The notes: generated from the letters alone by a model not told the origin. A DNA stretch of 64,000 nucleotides from an uncultured delta proteobacterium (GCA_963727445.1 CAVSGI010000005.1:1-64000), one strand, 5' to 3'. Numbered from the stretch's first letter, positions 30,123 to 42,480 are shown. A program made the numbers and translations.

Positions 30123-30277
30123 CGTGGGCCGAAGTCCGACCCATCGCGCGTTGCCTCCGAGAGCGGTCCGCCCTCGTGGGCCGAAGTCCGACCCATCGCG
30201 CGTTGCCTCCGAGAGCGGTCCGCCCACGGGGGCCGAAGTCCGACCCATCGTCCGTTGCCTCCGAGGGCGGTCCGCCT
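30123..30277. repeat. Three tandem 52-bp REP-like repeats
   Basis: Unit cgtgggccgaagtccgacccatcgcgcgttgcctccgagagcggtccgccct at 30123, 30175 and 30227. Confidence 0.9.
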
Positions 30278-30578
30278 CGGCTCAATCGTGCGCCCGAACC
30301 AACGAAACGTGGCAGGGCTCGTCCATTTCGCATCCCGCGTTGACCGTGGCCATCAGACACTCGGGCGTCGCGGAGACGGTCAGCCCGCCCAGGGGCAGCA
30401 CTTCGAAGGTCCCGTCTATCCGTGGGAACGGCACATGCCTCCGTCGCCGTTTCCCGAGGTCGCATCGCAAGCGGCGAGGAACGAGAGGAAGAAGATCGGG
30501 GCGAGCGCGCGCACGGGGTGATCCTAGACCGATCCCCGGACCGCCAGGGCGCGATGGCTTCCCCCTCGCTTGCGCGCT

Positions 30579-31958
30579 TCAAGCCGCCTTCGGCAGCTCG
30601 AGGGTGAAAGTGCTGCCGCGGCCGACCTCGCTTTCGGCCCGCGCACTTCCGCCGTGGGCTTCGGCGATGGCCTTCACCAGGCTCAGGCCCAGGCCGAGGC
30701 CGCGCTCGCTGCGGCTCGGGTCGGCGCGGTAGAGACGATCCCAGATGCGCGGCAGGGCCTCGGGCGCGATGCCTTCTCCGTCGTCGCGCACCACCAAGAC
30801 GGCGTGGTCGCCCTCGAGGCGCGCCTCCACCGTGACGTGGCCCCCTTCGCGCGTGTACTTCACTGCGTTGTCGACGAGATTCGCCACCGCCTGGCGGAGA
30901 CGGGTGCGGTCGCCGTCGACCGCGACGTTCGAGTCGACGTCCAACGCGAGGCCGACGCCTGCCTCTTCGGCGACGTGCTCGTAGAGATCCACCACGTCGC
31001 GCGCGATGTCCGCCAGGTCCACGCGCTCGCGCTCGAGCCGGAGGACGCCGGTCTCGGCCTCGCTGATGTCCATCAGGGTGCGGAGCATGGCGAGCACCCG
31101 GTCCGACTCCTCGATCACGTCGGCCAGCGCCTCGCGTCCCGCGTCCTCGCTCTCGTCGCGAAGCGCCACCTCGGCGGTCCCCCGGAGCCGCGTCAACGGG
31201 GTGCGGAGGTCGTGCGCCACGTGATCGAGGGACTCGCGCATGCCGCGGACCAGGCGCTCGTTTCGCGTGAGCATCTCGTTGACGATGACCGTGAGGTCGT
31301 CGAGCTCGTCGCCGGTCGCGTGCGGAGAGACGCGCGCGGAGAGGTCGCCCGAATCCACGACGTGCCGCGCGGTGCTCGCGAGATCGCGCACGGGGCGAAG
31401 GGCGCGACGCACCAGGATCGGTCCACCGATCAGTCCGAGGAGCGCCGCGATGCCGAGCACCCACGCATAGCCCGTGCGGAGCTCGCTCAGGGTGGCGGCG
31501 CGGGAGGCCTCGCTGATGCCGACCTGTACGACGTGGTCGTCGACCCGGCGGCTCGCCACCGTCCAGCTGACGCGCTGCTCTGTCGTGACCTGGGTGAGGA
31601 TCGGCTCGCTGTCGCCGACCGGGATGTTCAGCTCGGCGTTGCTCGGCGCCTCCGAGGGTGCGTGGCGGACGAGGGTGCGGCGGTCCACGCCGGTCACGCG
31701 CACCAGGAGCACACGGTCGCGATCCGCGGCGCCGCGCACGTTGGAGAGCCCTCCCGCGCGAAGGCTCTGGCCCTGGCGCTCGAGCTCGGCGCGGAGCACG
31801 GATTCGTCGCGCGCCTCCAGGGTTCGCTCTGTGGCGTAGCTGGCGAGCACGAAGAGGACCGCGGTGCTCGCGAGGAAGAGGAGCATGTAGAAGATGCTCA
31901 CGCGCGCGCCGAGCGAGGACAGCCAGCGGAAGCGGCGCTCAGTCCTTTCGGAGGACAT
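30579..31958 (-). CDS. HAMP-domain sensor histidine kinase (CusS-like architecture)
   Basis: Two TMs, HAMP, VAHDLRTPL H-box, NLVDNAVKY, DDGEGI, GLGLGLS. Confidence 0.95.
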   Translation of the reverse strand: MSSERTERRFRWLSSLGARVSIFYMLLFLASTAVLFVLASYATERTLEARDESVLRAELERQGQSLRAGGLSNVRGAADRDRVLLVRVTGVDRRTLVRHAPSEAPSNAELNIPVGDSEPILTQVTTEQRVSWTVASRRVDDHVVQVGISEASRAATLSELRTGYAWVLGIAALLGLIGGPILVRRALRPVRDLASTARHVVDSGDLSARVSPHATGDELDDLTVIVNEMLTRNERLVRGMRESLDHVAHDLRTPLTRLRGTAEVALRDESEDAGREALADVIEESDRVLAMLRTLMDISEAETGVLRLERERVDLADIARDVVDLYEHVAEEAGVGLALDVDSNVAVDGDRTRLRQAVANLVDNAVKYTREGGHVTVEARLEGDHAVLVVRDDGEGIAPEALPRIWDRLYRADPSRSERGLGLGLSLVKAIAEAHGGSARAESEVGRGSTFTLELPKAA

Positions 31959-32613
31959 AGCCCATCCCGCGCACGGTCTGAACGAGCGGGTGATCGAAAG
32001 GCTGGTCGACCTTCTTGCGCAAGCGGTGGACGAGGACGTCCACGACGTTCGTCTGCGGATCGAAGGAGTAGTCCCACACCGCTTCGAGGATCATGGTCTT
32101 GCTGAGCACGCGCTCGGGGTTGCGGAGCAGGTATTCCAGGAGCGCCAGTTCCTTGGGCTGAAGGTCGAGGACTTCGCCCGCGCGAGTGACCCGACGCGAC
32201 AAGAGGTCCATCTCGAGGTCCTCGTACGAAAGGACGTGGGACGAGCTGGCGTTCGACGCCCGGCGCACCAACGCGCCGAGGCGCGCCGCGAGCTCGGCGA
32301 AAGAGAAGGGCTTGGTGAGGTAATCGTCGGCGCCGGCTTCGAGCCCCGCGACGCGATCGGTCACCGCGGTCTTTGCGCTCAAGACGAGGATCGGCGTGTC
32401 GTTGCCACGGCTCCGGCTCTCGCGAATGACGCTGATGCCGTCGCGCTTCGGCAGCATGAGATCGACGATCGCGACGTCGTAGGGCGTCCCGCCCAGCCAG
32501 CCGAGCCCGTCCTCTCCGTCGTGGGCCCAGTCGACCACGTGACCCTCCTGAGAGAGCCCCTTCACGACGAACTGGCCGATGCGAGAGTCGTCTTCGACCA
32601 AGAGCACACGCAT
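31939..32613 (-). CDS. OmpR-family response regulator (CusR/CopR-like)
   Basis: RVLLVEDD, DLMLP, GADDYLTKPFSF, WDYSFDPQTNVVDVLVHRLRKKVD. Confidence 0.95.
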   Translation of the reverse strand: MRVLLVEDDSRIGQFVVKGLSQEGHVVDWAHDGEDGLGWLGGTPYDVAIVDLMLPKRDGISVIRESRSRGNDTPILVLSAKTAVTDRVAGLEAGADDYLTKPFSFAELAARLGALVRRASNASSSHVLSYEDLEMDLLSRRVTRAGEVLDLQPKELALLEYLLRNPERVLSKTMILEAVWDYSFDPQTNVVDVLVHRLRKKVDQPFDHPLVQTVRGMGYVLRKD

Positions 32614-32664
32614 GATCAATTCATAGATTCGCGCGCCACGATCGCAAGGCCCGCCGCCCTTCGG

Positions 32665-33486
32665 TCAGCCGCTGATCATCGAGTGATCGCGCGGGACTAC
32701 GCGCTCGATATCGGCGCTCTCCACCCAGCCGCGCTGGCCGCTCTGGGTCTGCACTTCCAGATAACCATCGTGGGTGCCGATCGCTTCCACCGTCTCGCCC
32801 GGACGCAGCTCGAAGACCATTTCGGCGGCGTCGAAGGGTGAAACCCTGGCGACCGTCTCCGAGAGGGCCACCGCTTCGTCGGGACCGAAGGTGCCGAGCC
32901 ACAGGGCGCCGGCCGCCAGCGCCGTGACCAGACCGCTGACGATCGACAGGCTGGTGACCACCGGGCCCACGCGTCGCCGGATGGCGACCAGGCCCGCGAG
33001 CAACACGAAGACGGCGAGCGCGCCGCCACCGAGGGCGAGCCAGCGCCGCGCCGGCACGAGCGACGCGAGGGTCTCGAGCTTCGACCGCTGTGGTGCGGTG
33101 ACGCCGGCGCGCTCCCGCGCTTCGGCGAGGCCCTCGGCGATGGCCGGGTCGTTCGGGGCGAGGAGGCGCGCCCGTTCGAAGGCGACGATGGCGTGGCCGA
33201 GCTCGTCCTGGGCGAGATAGGCCTCACCCAGGTTCTCGAGCACCCCAGGGGCGAAGCCGCAATCGTGCACGAGCGCCTCGAGCGCCATCTCGGCCTCGTC
33301 GTAGTCGCCCTGGGCGAGGCTCGTCGCGGCCTCGGCGAAGCGAGCGTCGCTGGTGGGGTCCTCGGCCCGCGCAAGGAGCGGGAAGCTCGCGAGCGCGAAG
33401 GCGAGGCCGAGGATGAATGCCGAGACGCCGTAGAGAGTGCGCGCGCGGCGGGGGGGCTGGGGCGATGTGTGCGTGGCGCGGTTCAT
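32665..33486 (-). CDS. batE: BatE-like TPR + TM + SH3 protein
   Basis: NLGEAY...AIVAFERARLLAPND TPR, TM pair, C-terminal SH3-like GQRGWV. Confidence 0.75.
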   Translation of the reverse strand: MNRATHTSPQPPRRARTLYGVSAFILGLAFALASFPLLARAEDPTSDARFAEAATSLAQGDYDEAEMALEALVHDCGFAPGVLENLGEAYLAQDELGHAIVAFERARLLAPNDPAIAEGLAEARERAGVTAPQRSKLETLASLVPARRWLALGGGALAVFVLLAGLVAIRRRVGPVVTSLSIVSGLVTALAAGALWLGTFGPDEAVALSETVARVSPFDAAEMVFELRPGETVEAIGTHDGYLEVQTQSGQRGWVESADIERVVPRDHSMISG

Positions 33487-35403
33487 GCGTCGGTCTCCTC
33501 TTCGAGGGTCTTCGTGAGGTGGTCGTACCAGTCGTGCAGGTTCTCGTGGTCGAGCTGGGCGTCGCCGAAGCTGACGGCGTCGGCGTGCCCGAGGGCCATC
33601 GCGACCACGACCGGCAGGTCGTCGAGTCGCTCCTCCAGCTCGGTCAGCGTCACGGAGGCGGGCTCGACGCCGAGCTTCGCGCCGTAACGCTGCTGGATCG
33701 CCGCTCTGGCCGCGAGGAAGAAGCCGTGGGCGTCTCCGCTCTTCACGGTTGCACGCATCTGGCGCTTCGCCTTGCGGTAGCCGCGGCGGTGATGTCGCGC
33801 GAGGGAGCGCCGGCTCGAGGCGCCCTCGTCGCGTCGGCGGAAGGCCAGCGCGCCGCCGAGGGACAGGCCCATGATGAGGAGCGCCGCCCCGAAGGGCCAC
33901 GGGCTCCTCGGCAGAGCGCTGAGGGAGGAGACGTAGGCGCCCGGCGCGCTCGCGATCCGCGGAGGCGTCGGACCGAAGCCGTCCTCGGCGCTGGCCGAGA
34001 GGCTCTCCGAAACCGTCGCCTCGTCACTCGAGGGGAGCACCTGCACCGAGAGCGGGGACGTGGTGACCGTCTGGTAGGTCGCGGTCTCCGCGTCGTAGTA
34101 GGAGAGCGAGAGCGCTCCGACCTCGAGGGTCCCGTCGTGGATGGGCACCAGGTTCTGCTCGAAGACCTTCTCGCTGTCGCCGGCCATCGACGACGTCACG
34201 GGATAGACGCGGAAGTCGCTGGAACCATCCGCCACCAGGTCGTGATGAACGCGATCGAAGGTGCCCTCGCCGCGCACGTGGAGGCTGAGGGTGATGGGCT
34301 CGCCCACGTGCACTTCGCCGGGGCTCACGTCCGCCGAGATCTCGAAGTGACCCACGGCGCCGTCGTAGCCCTCGGGCCGGCCCTCTTCGGGCGGCTCGGT
34401 CACACGGACGGTGCCGACGTCACCCTCGAGGGTCACGTTCGCCGAGTGAGAGGCGCCGAAGCCCGTCGAGAAGAAGGAGCCGAAGCCGCCGAAAGACGAG
34501 CCGGAGAACATCGTGGACAAGGGGCTCGGCATGCCGCCGAAGGCGGGGTCGTTGGCGAGGCGATCGAAGAGCGAGCCGAAGCGGTCGCCCCCGAAGGGTC
34601 GCTGCTCTTCGGTGCGCACCAGGTCGCGCCACTCGAGGGTGGCGGGCATCGAGACCTTGACCTCGTGCTCGCCGGGCAGGACCGCCGTCATCTTGCCGCG
34701 CCAGGTGAGCGTGGCGTAGGGGGTGCCCCGCACCTCGGCGCGGCCCTGCTTGGGGTCACTGACGAGGTCGTGGATCGCGAAGGCATCCGAGCTCAGCTCG
34801 GGGGCGCCGGTGATGGTGCCCGCGGTGCCCGCCTTCACGTAGGCGCGCACAGTGACCGGGACCGACTCGCCGATCACCAGCTCCTCCTTCGGCACGTGCA
34901 CCCGAAGGAAGGCGCGACGACCGGTGGGCTCGGGGAGCACCGTCGACTTCGTGCTCGACGAGGGCGGCCCTGCGGCGCGGCTCGACAGCGGTCCCGAGGC
35001 GGGAGCGCGCGCGCCCGTGCCGGCCGGGCGTACGTCGAGGTGCACCGGGTTCGCCTGGCCGGCGCCCGCGGTGATCGGCCCGATGTCGAGCAATCCCGCG
35101 CGTGTGGGGACGACGTCGTAGATGTAGCTCGTCTGGCGGGAGACGGCGCCGTTCATGATGGAGATCTGCTCGAGAGGTCCCCAGGCTCGTGATGGACGCG
35201 CCAGCGGCGGCGGGCACGTTGGGCGTCGCGCCGCCCCCGTCGTCTTCGACGGTGACGGTCAGCCGCGCCGGCTCGCCGACCTCGACCTCCGACCGGGAGA
35301 GTCGCGCCGTGACGCGCGGCGCCGCCAGCGCCGCGAGGGCGGGAAGGAGGGCCACGACGAGCGTGGCTGCGATCAACGGAATGCGCTTCATCGGATACCT
35401 CAC
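33483..35403 (-). CDS. batD: BatD family protein (frameshift ~35170)
   Basis: Signal peptide, VTARLSRSEVEVGEP, GAVGHF, VGEPITL, SYYDAETATYQT, C-terminal TM. Confidence 0.8.
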
Positions 35404-37519
35404 CAGTTCCTCACTGTCGTTTGATCTTCGGGGGCTCGCTCGCCTCGGCGGCGGGAGAGCGGGAAGCGACGCTCCTCGTTCTCGAGGGATCGCAAGAGGG
35501 CTTCTGCCTGCTCGCGGCTCAGTCGGCCCTGGGGCTCGCCGTAGCCGGTGGAGCCGCCGAAGGAAGGCTGCTCCTCGGCCTGGCCTTCCTGTGGCGCCTG
35601 GCCCTGCCCACCCTGGCCGCTGTGCTGCTGGTCCTGCTCGCCGTTCTGCGACTCTTGGTCCTGCTGCTGTCCCTGGCCGCTGTGCTGCTGGTCCTGCTCG
35701 CCGTTCTGCGACTGCGGGTCCTGTTGGCCCTCGCCGCCTTGCTGCTGCTGGTCCTGCTCGCCGTTCTGCGACTGCGGGTCCTGTTGGCCCTCGCCGCCTT
35801 GCTGCTGCTGGTCCTGCTGGCCCTGACCATTCTGCTGCTGGTCTTGTTGACCCTCGCCGCCTTGCTGCTGCTGGTCCTGTTGATCGCCGCCGCTCTGCTG
35901 TTGGTCTTGCTGGTCTTCTTGCTGCTGCTGGTCTTGCTGCTGCTCTTCCTCTTCGAGGGCGGCGAGGCGGCGCTTGACGAGCTCGAGGTTGTAGCGGGCG
36001 TCCTCGTCATCCTCGTCGAGGGACAGGGCGCTCTCGTAGCTCTCGATGGCCGCCTGCCAGTCGGCCTTCGTCCGTTCGCGATCCTCGTCGAGGGACGCTT
36101 CACCCCGGCGGAACTGCGCGTTGCCGCGGTCGTAGTAGGCGTGCTCTTGAAGCGCGGGCGAGCCCGCCTCGATCGCGCCGTCGAGCGCCTCGACCGCCGC
36201 GTCCCAGTCGCCCTCGCGATAGGCCGCGACGCCTTCGTTGTAGCGGTGCGCCGGCTGCTCGCTGGCGTCGCTCTCCGACCAGAGCGTGCGCGCGCGCCCG
36301 TACTCGCCCTTCGCGTACGCGCTCTGCGCTTGCTGGGCGCGTTCGACGTCGTTGCCGAAGAGCCATCCGAAGAGCGAGTGGTCCTGCGCCTGCGCCATCG
36401 AAGGCTGCGCGAGGGCGAGGATGCTCAGGGCCGCAGCCGCCGCCGCGCCGGAGAGCGCCGGGGTCACCCTCTGCCGTGCGCGCTTCCGCACGCCCTTGCG
36501 CCAAAGGCCCCGGAAGCGTCGCTCACCCACGAGCGGCTCGAGGAGGAGCAGGAGGAGCCCCAGCGCGAGCGGCCACATATAGCGCTCGTGGTAGACGCGG
36601 TGCCGTCGCGCGGCGACGGCGTGGCGCGGCAGCTGCGCGAGGTGCGCGGCGTAGAGGCGCTCGAGGCCGTTGCCGCTGGGGCCGAGCGGCTCGTACGCGC
36701 CGCCGGTGCGCTCGGCGATGGTGCGAAGCGTCTCCGCATCGAGGGCGGAGTGAACCGGCTCGCCGTTTTCGTCGCGGACGAGGGTGGGGCGGCCATCGGG
36801 CCCGGGGGCCGTGAGCGTCGTCCCGCCGGGGGTGCCGACGCCGACGGTGAAGATCCGGACGCCGGCCTCCGCGGCTTCGTCGGCGGCTGCGAGGGCGTCG
36901 CCTTCGAGGTTCTCTCCGTCCGTGATGAGAACGAGGAGCTTCTGGTCTGCGACGTTGCCGAAGGCCGCCGTCGCCTCGCGAATGGCGCCGCCCAGGTCGG
37001 TCCCGCCTCTGCGGGATCACGTTGGTGTCGAGGGCCGCGAGGGAGCGCTCGAAGACGTTGCGATCCGTCGTCATCGGCACCTCGAGGAACGCCTCGCCCG
37101 CGAAGGCGACGAGCCCCGCGCGATCGCCCTCGAACTCGCGCACCAGGTCGCTCACCGCGAGCTTGGCCCGCGTGAGTCGGTCCGGCGCGATGTCGCTGGC
37201 GAGCATGCTGCGCGAGGTGTCGATGGCGAAGAGGATGTCGACACCGAGGCGCTCGGTCTCCTCGTAGTGGTAGCCCCACTTCGGCCCGGCCATCGCGACG
37301 AAGAGGCTCGCGAGTCCGGTGGTGAGGAGGCCGAGCTTGACGCGCGCGCCGGAGTGGGCTCGCCGAGGTGGCGAGGGCGCCGAGGCCGCTGCCGGCGAAG
37401 GCGCGGAGCGCCCGCTTTCTCCGGAGGTTGGCGACGAACGCGAGCACGAGGAGCGCGGCCACGGCGACCGCGCCGTAGACGAGCCATTCGGGCTGGGAGA
37501 AGTGGATGTCGGGGATCAT
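35400..37519 (-). CDS. BatB-BatC fusion: vWA domain + TPR + Gln-rich region (frameshifts ~37350, ~37010)
   Basis: IDTSRSM MIDAS, ITDGE, TM YMWPL, TPR YNEGVAAY/YDRGNAQF/YNLEL, Q-rich tract, terminal NW. Confidence 0.8.
35600..35945 (-). repeat. Coding Gln-rich tandem repeats (60-bp unit QDQQQQGGEGQQDPQSQNGE)
   Basis: Near-identical 60-bp units at ~35690-35820 with degenerate flanking copies. Confidence 0.85.
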
Positions 37520-37541
37520 CACGAAAGCCTTTCTCTGTCGC

Positions 37542-38552
37542 TCAGGGGATGCGGCGCCGCACGCCGAAGCCGAGGAGGAGCTCGAGCCCGAAGAGGCCCA
37601 GCCCCGGCAGGAGGAACATCGCGTAGCGCTCGTCGAAGCTCTCGAAGCGCTCGATGCTGCGCGTGGTGGTCTCCATCTGGTCGATCTGCGCGTAGGTCGA
37701 CGACAGGGAGGCCATGTCGGTGGCACGGAAGAACGTGCCGCCCGTGGCGCTTGCGATCTGGGTGAGCGTCTCCTCGTCGACCTCGACGTCGGTGCGCACG
37801 ATGCGCTCGCGGCCCTGGTCGTCGCGGATGGGGATGAGCGCCTCACCATCGACGCCGACGCCGATGGAGTAGACCTTCACACCCATCGACTTCGCGGTCT
37901 CGGCGGCCAGCGACGGCTGGATGGTGCCGGAGTTGTTCACGCCGTCGGTGAGGAGCACGACGATGCGCGAGTCGCTCGGCGTCTCGCCTTCATCGTCGGT
38001 CACCCGGTCGGTCGCGGAGGCGAGGGCCGAGCCGATCGCCGTGCCGTCCTCGACGATGCCCGTCTGGAGGCGGTCGAGGTTCTGCACCAACCAGTCGTGG
38101 TCGAGGGTCAGCGGGCTCACCAGGTAGGGCGCGCCCGCGAAGGCGATGAGCCCGATGCGGTCGTTGGGGCGGGCCTCGATGAACTCGGCGACCACCTTCT
38201 TCACCGCCTCGAGGCGGCTCTCGGGCGCTTCGGGGGTGCCCATGTCGCGCGCCTCCATCGAGCTCGAGACGTCGACCGCGAGCATGATGTCGATGCCGCT
38301 CGCGTCGATACGCGTCGAGGCATGGCTCATGCGCGGGCCGGCGAGGGCCAGCACCAGGAGCGCCGCCGCCGGGACGCGCAGCAGCGGCAAGAACCCGACG
38401 ATTCGACTCTTGAGCGAGCGTCCCGCGGCGCCGGCGAGCTTGGTGCTCGAGAAGCGGATCGCCGGGGCGCCGCCCCTGCGGCCCCGAATGAAGAGCCAGA
38501 GGGGCAAGAGGGCGAGGAGCGCGAGGAGCTCCGGGCGGGCGAACGTGATCAC
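37542..38552 (-). CDS. batA: BatA vWA domain protein
   Basis: DIMLAVDVSSSM, DRIGLIAFA, PLTLDH, GTAIG, LLTDGVNN, VYSIGVG. Confidence 0.9.
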   Translation of the reverse strand: MITFARPELLALLALLPLWLFIRGRRGGAPAIRFSSTKLAGAAGRSLKSRIVGFLPLLRVPAAALLVLALAGPRMSHASTRIDASGIDIMLAVDVSSSMEARDMGTPEAPESRLEAVKKVVAEFIEARPNDRIGLIAFAGAPYLVSPLTLDHDWLVQNLDRLQTGIVEDGTAIGSALASATDRVTDDEGETPSDSRIVVLLTDGVNNSGTIQPSLAAETAKSMGVKVYSIGVGVDGEALIPIRDDQGRERIVRTDVEVDEETLTQIASATGGTFFRATDMASLSSTYAQIDQMETTTRSIERFESFDERYAMFLLPGLGLFGLELLLGFGVRRRIP

Positions 38553-39181
38553 AGGGCACCTCCTTGTCGGGCGGTCTCGGCCTTCTTCGCCTTCTTCTCC
38601 GTCTTGTCGTCGTCACGCGCGCGCTCGACGAACGCGCGCGCCGCGTCGGCGACGGATCGGATCTCCATCGCGCCGATGTCCGCCCCGGCGTACTTCACGA
38701 GGTCGGTGAAGCGCAGCAGCTCGGAGAGCTGGCCCTGGTGCTTGCCGAGGGGCGAATCTGGATCGGCGGCGAGCTGGTCCAGGAGCTCCTCGGTCGTCTG
38801 GGATGGAGCCTCGACCGAAAAGCGCGCCTCGATGTAGGCGCGGACGGCCTCGGTGACCTCGTAGGCGAAGGTCTTGGTGCCCGTCTCGTTCACCCGCGCT
38901 CGGGCCTGCTCGATGCGCGCGAGGGCGACCTCCGCCGGCGTCTTCGGGCGCGAGAAGTAGCGCACGATGGCGCGGGCCACGAAGAACAGCGCGATGGCGA
39001 TGGCGGCGGCGAGGAGGATCGCCGGCACGCTCTGCCACCAGGGGGCCGCTTCGAGCATCGGGCCGTGCACGTCGCGAATGTCTTCGATGGCCTCGGGCGC
39101 CGCCCCCTGTTGGGCCAGGGCGTTCGTCGCGTAGAGAAGCGTCGGGGCGAAGCCCGCGGCGATGTTCAGGATCTTCTTCAC
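38549..39181 (-). CDS. Bat-operon membrane protein (DUF4381-like)
   Basis: DIRDVHGP + TM + YIEARF...TTEE...DLVKYA. Confidence 0.72.
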   Translation of the reverse strand: MKKILNIAAGFAPTLLYATNALAQQGAAPEAIEDIRDVHGPMLEAAPWWQSVPAILLAAAIAIALFFVARAIVRYFSRPKTPAEVALARIEQARARVNETGTKTFAYEVTEAVRAYIEARFSVEAPSQTTEELLDQLAADPDSPLGKHQGQLSELLRFTDLVKYAGADIGAMEIRSVADAARAFVERARDDDKTEKKAKKAETARQGGAL

Positions 39182-40098
39182 GAGAGCCTCCTCGCCCGAC
39201 GGCGAAAGAACGTGTAGAGGGCAAGGGTCGGGTCCTCGTCCGTGCCCACACCGACGACGTCGACCTGGGCGCGGCGGAGCGCGTCCGTCAGCGCGCCGAG
39301 ATACTTCGCCGTCTCGATGCGGTACTGCTCGCGCACCTTCTTCGAACCGGTGTCGATCTCGACCATCTCGCCGGTCTCCGCGTCCTCGAGCGCGACGAGC
39401 CCCACGTTCGGGAGCTCGCCTTCGCGCGGGTCGTGCACGCGGACGGCGACCAGGTCGTGCTTCATGCGGGTGAGCGTCATGGCGTGCTCGAGCTCCTCCA
39501 TGTCGCGGGCGCGATCGCCGTTGGTGAGGAAGTCGCTCACCAAGAAGACGATCCCGCGCCGCTTCATCGCCCGGTTCACGAAGTCCAGGCCGAGCTCGAG
39601 ATCGGTGCCGCGTCCCTCGGGCTCCGCCGCGAGGATCTCCCGGATGATCCGAAGGACGTGGCGGCGGCCCTTGCCCGGCGGCACGTAGCGCTCGACCCGA
39701 TCGCTCACGAGCAACAGGCCCACCCGGTCCGAGCTGCGGATGGCGCTGAAGGCCAGGGCGCTCGCGAGCCGTGCTGCCAGCTCACGCTTGTCGCGGTCGG
39801 CGGTCCCGAGCTCGTTGGACGCGCTCACGTCGACGACCAGCATCAACGTCAGCGTTCGCTCCTCGACGTGCTCCTTGACGAAGGGACGGCCGGTGCGCGC
39901 GGTCACGTTCCAGTCGATCGAGCGGATGTCGTCGCCGGGGACGTATTCGCGCGCCTGGTCGAAGTCGATGCCGCGGCCGCGGAAGACCGAGCGGTACTGT
40001 CCGCTCAGGACTTCCTCGACCTTGCGGCGCGTGCTGAGCTCGATGGCGCGCACGTCGCTCAGGACTTCGCTCAGGGCGTCGTCGACGGGCTGCTTCAT
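39178..40098 (-). CDS. DUF58 domain protein
   Basis: GQYRSVFRGRGIDF, EYVPGDDIRSIDWNVTAR, EER, DVSAS. Confidence 0.92.
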   Translation of the reverse strand: MKQPVDDALSEVLSDVRAIELSTRRKVEEVLSGQYRSVFRGRGIDFDQAREYVPGDDIRSIDWNVTARTGRPFVKEHVEERTLTLMLVVDVSASNELGTADRDKRELAARLASALAFSAIRSSDRVGLLLVSDRVERYVPPGKGRRHVLRIIREILAAEPEGRGTDLELGLDFVNRAMKRRGIVFLVSDFLTNGDRARDMEELEHAMTLTRMKHDLVAVRVHDPREGELPNVGLVALEDAETGEMVEIDTGSKKVREQYRIETAKYLGALTDALRRAQVDVVGVGTDEDPTLALYTFFRRRARRLS

Positions 40099-40106
40099 GG
40101 CGCGCC

Positions 40107-41139
<1,033 letters not shown>

Positions 41140-41221
41140 GGCTCGGTCTCCTGGTGTGCCGCGTGGCTCCCTCGCCACGTCGAAGCACAACCTGAAGTCC
41201 GAACCTTTCAGGCACCTGACC

Positions 41222-41247
41222 GGAACATTACGGCTCTGTCATGTTCC
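41222..41247 (-). promoter_or_regulatory. CusR/CopR-box-like pseudo-palindrome upstream of moxR-bat operon
   Basis: Minus strand GGAACATGACAGAGCCGTAATGTTCC: 7-bp perfect outer arms; core ATGACA-N4-CGTAAT. Confidence 0.6.
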
Positions 41248-41283
41248 GCCCAGAGGGCTCTGTGATGCCGCCCGTGGGGCGGA

Positions 41284-42480
41284 TCAGGGGACTTGCTGAG
41301 AGCGGAGCCCGCGAAGGGTGATGCTGGTCACCGCATTCGGGAAGACCCGGGCCCGGTACCAGCCGAGGCTCACGCTCGCGCCGTCCACGCTGCCCACCGC
41401 GGCCACCTGGACCGGCCCCGCGGGGACGTCGAGCGCCGCGTAGAGGCCGAGGAGGCTCGTCCCTTCGGAGCGGCCCATGACCGGCAGCGGGTTCGAGGGG
41501 TTGTCGTTGAAGTACACCAGCGTCACCGGCTCCGGGTAGACGCCCACCTGAGCGAACTCGAGCCGGATGTTGGCGCAGTCGTGGATCTCGCCGGCGACGG
41601 CACCGTTGCCGGAGGTGATGCCGGAGGGCAACCCCGCGGTGAGGGGGATCGAGTTGTAATCGGAGCGGGAGAGCACGTTCGCGTCGTAGCTGTAGCGCGG
41701 GCCGGCGGGCTGGTCGCCGCAGGCTTCCCCCGCCGCGCCATCTTCGACCTCGTCGTTCAGGATCTGCACGTTGTAGGTGTAGAGCTCGCGCCAGAAGTCG
41801 GCGGCGCCGCTGGTCTTGATGATCAGGGGCGTCTCGGTCGGGATGTTCTCGATGCTGTAGAAGCCCAGATCGCGCGTGCCGATCGGCATGTCGTTGTCGT
41901 ATTCGGTCTCGGTCTTCGCGCAGTCGCTCGAGGTGTCCGAGGTGGCCATGCCGAGGAGCGGGCCGAGGTCGCCGTCGGGACCCTCCTGGTAGACCTCGAC
42001 CACGATCCCGTTGGCGTCGCCGCCGTTGCCGAAGACGTCGGTCACGCCGTAGAGCGTCACCATCTGCGTGTCGCCGGTCGTGAGGTAGCCGCTCTCCATC
42101 ATGCAGCTGAGGTCGGGCGCGCCGTTCGCCGCGGAGGGATCGCAGTCGTCGTCCGCCTGGGTGCGGGGCACGCCGCCTTCGGTGGGGAGCTCCGAGCAAC
42201 CCACCCGGTTGGTGGCGAAGGTCGCATCGGGATCCGGATCCCGCACGCACACGCAGGCGCTGCGCGTGTTCATGAAGGGGCAGCTATCGGAGCTGTCGAG
42301 GCAGGGGTCGGAGAAGACGTCGTCGTAGAGGATGCCGTTGTCCGTCCCGCCATCGCCGCCGCCATCGCCCATGCTGCCGTCGGGGGTGCCGGAGTCCGTG
42401 GTCACCGTCCCATCGTCGCCGCAGGCGACGACGAAGAGAGCGGAAAGGATCGAGACGAGAAGAAAGCGAGGAACGTACAC
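41284..42480 (-). CDS. Hypothetical Cys-containing lipoprotein
   Basis: GGGAGG RBS + GTG; FVVACGDD lipobox; acidic, Cys-rich mature part. Confidence 0.75.
   Translation of the reverse strand: MYVPRFLLVSILSALFVVACGDDGTVTTDSGTPDGSMGDGGGDGGTDNGILYDDVFSDPCLDSSDSCPFMNTRSACVCVRDPDPDATFATNRVGCSELPTEGGVPRTQADDDCDPSAANGAPDLSCMMESGYLTTGDTQMVTLYGVTDVFGNGGDANGIVVEVYQEGPDGDLGPLLGMATSDTSSDCAKTETEYDNDMPIGTRDLGFYSIENIPTETPLIIKTSGAADFWRELYTYNVQILNDEVEDGAAGEACGDQPAGPRYSYDANVLSRSDYNSIPLTAGLPSGITSGNGAVAGEIHDCANIRLEFAQVGVYPEPVTLVYFNDNPSNPLPVMGRSEGTSLLGLYAALDVPAGPVQVAAVGSVDGASVSLGWYRARVFPNAVTSITLRGLRSQQVP

Noticed and set aside
30123..30277. CRISPR array
   Set aside because: Units are contiguous near-identical 52-mers with no unique spacers; no cas genes in the window
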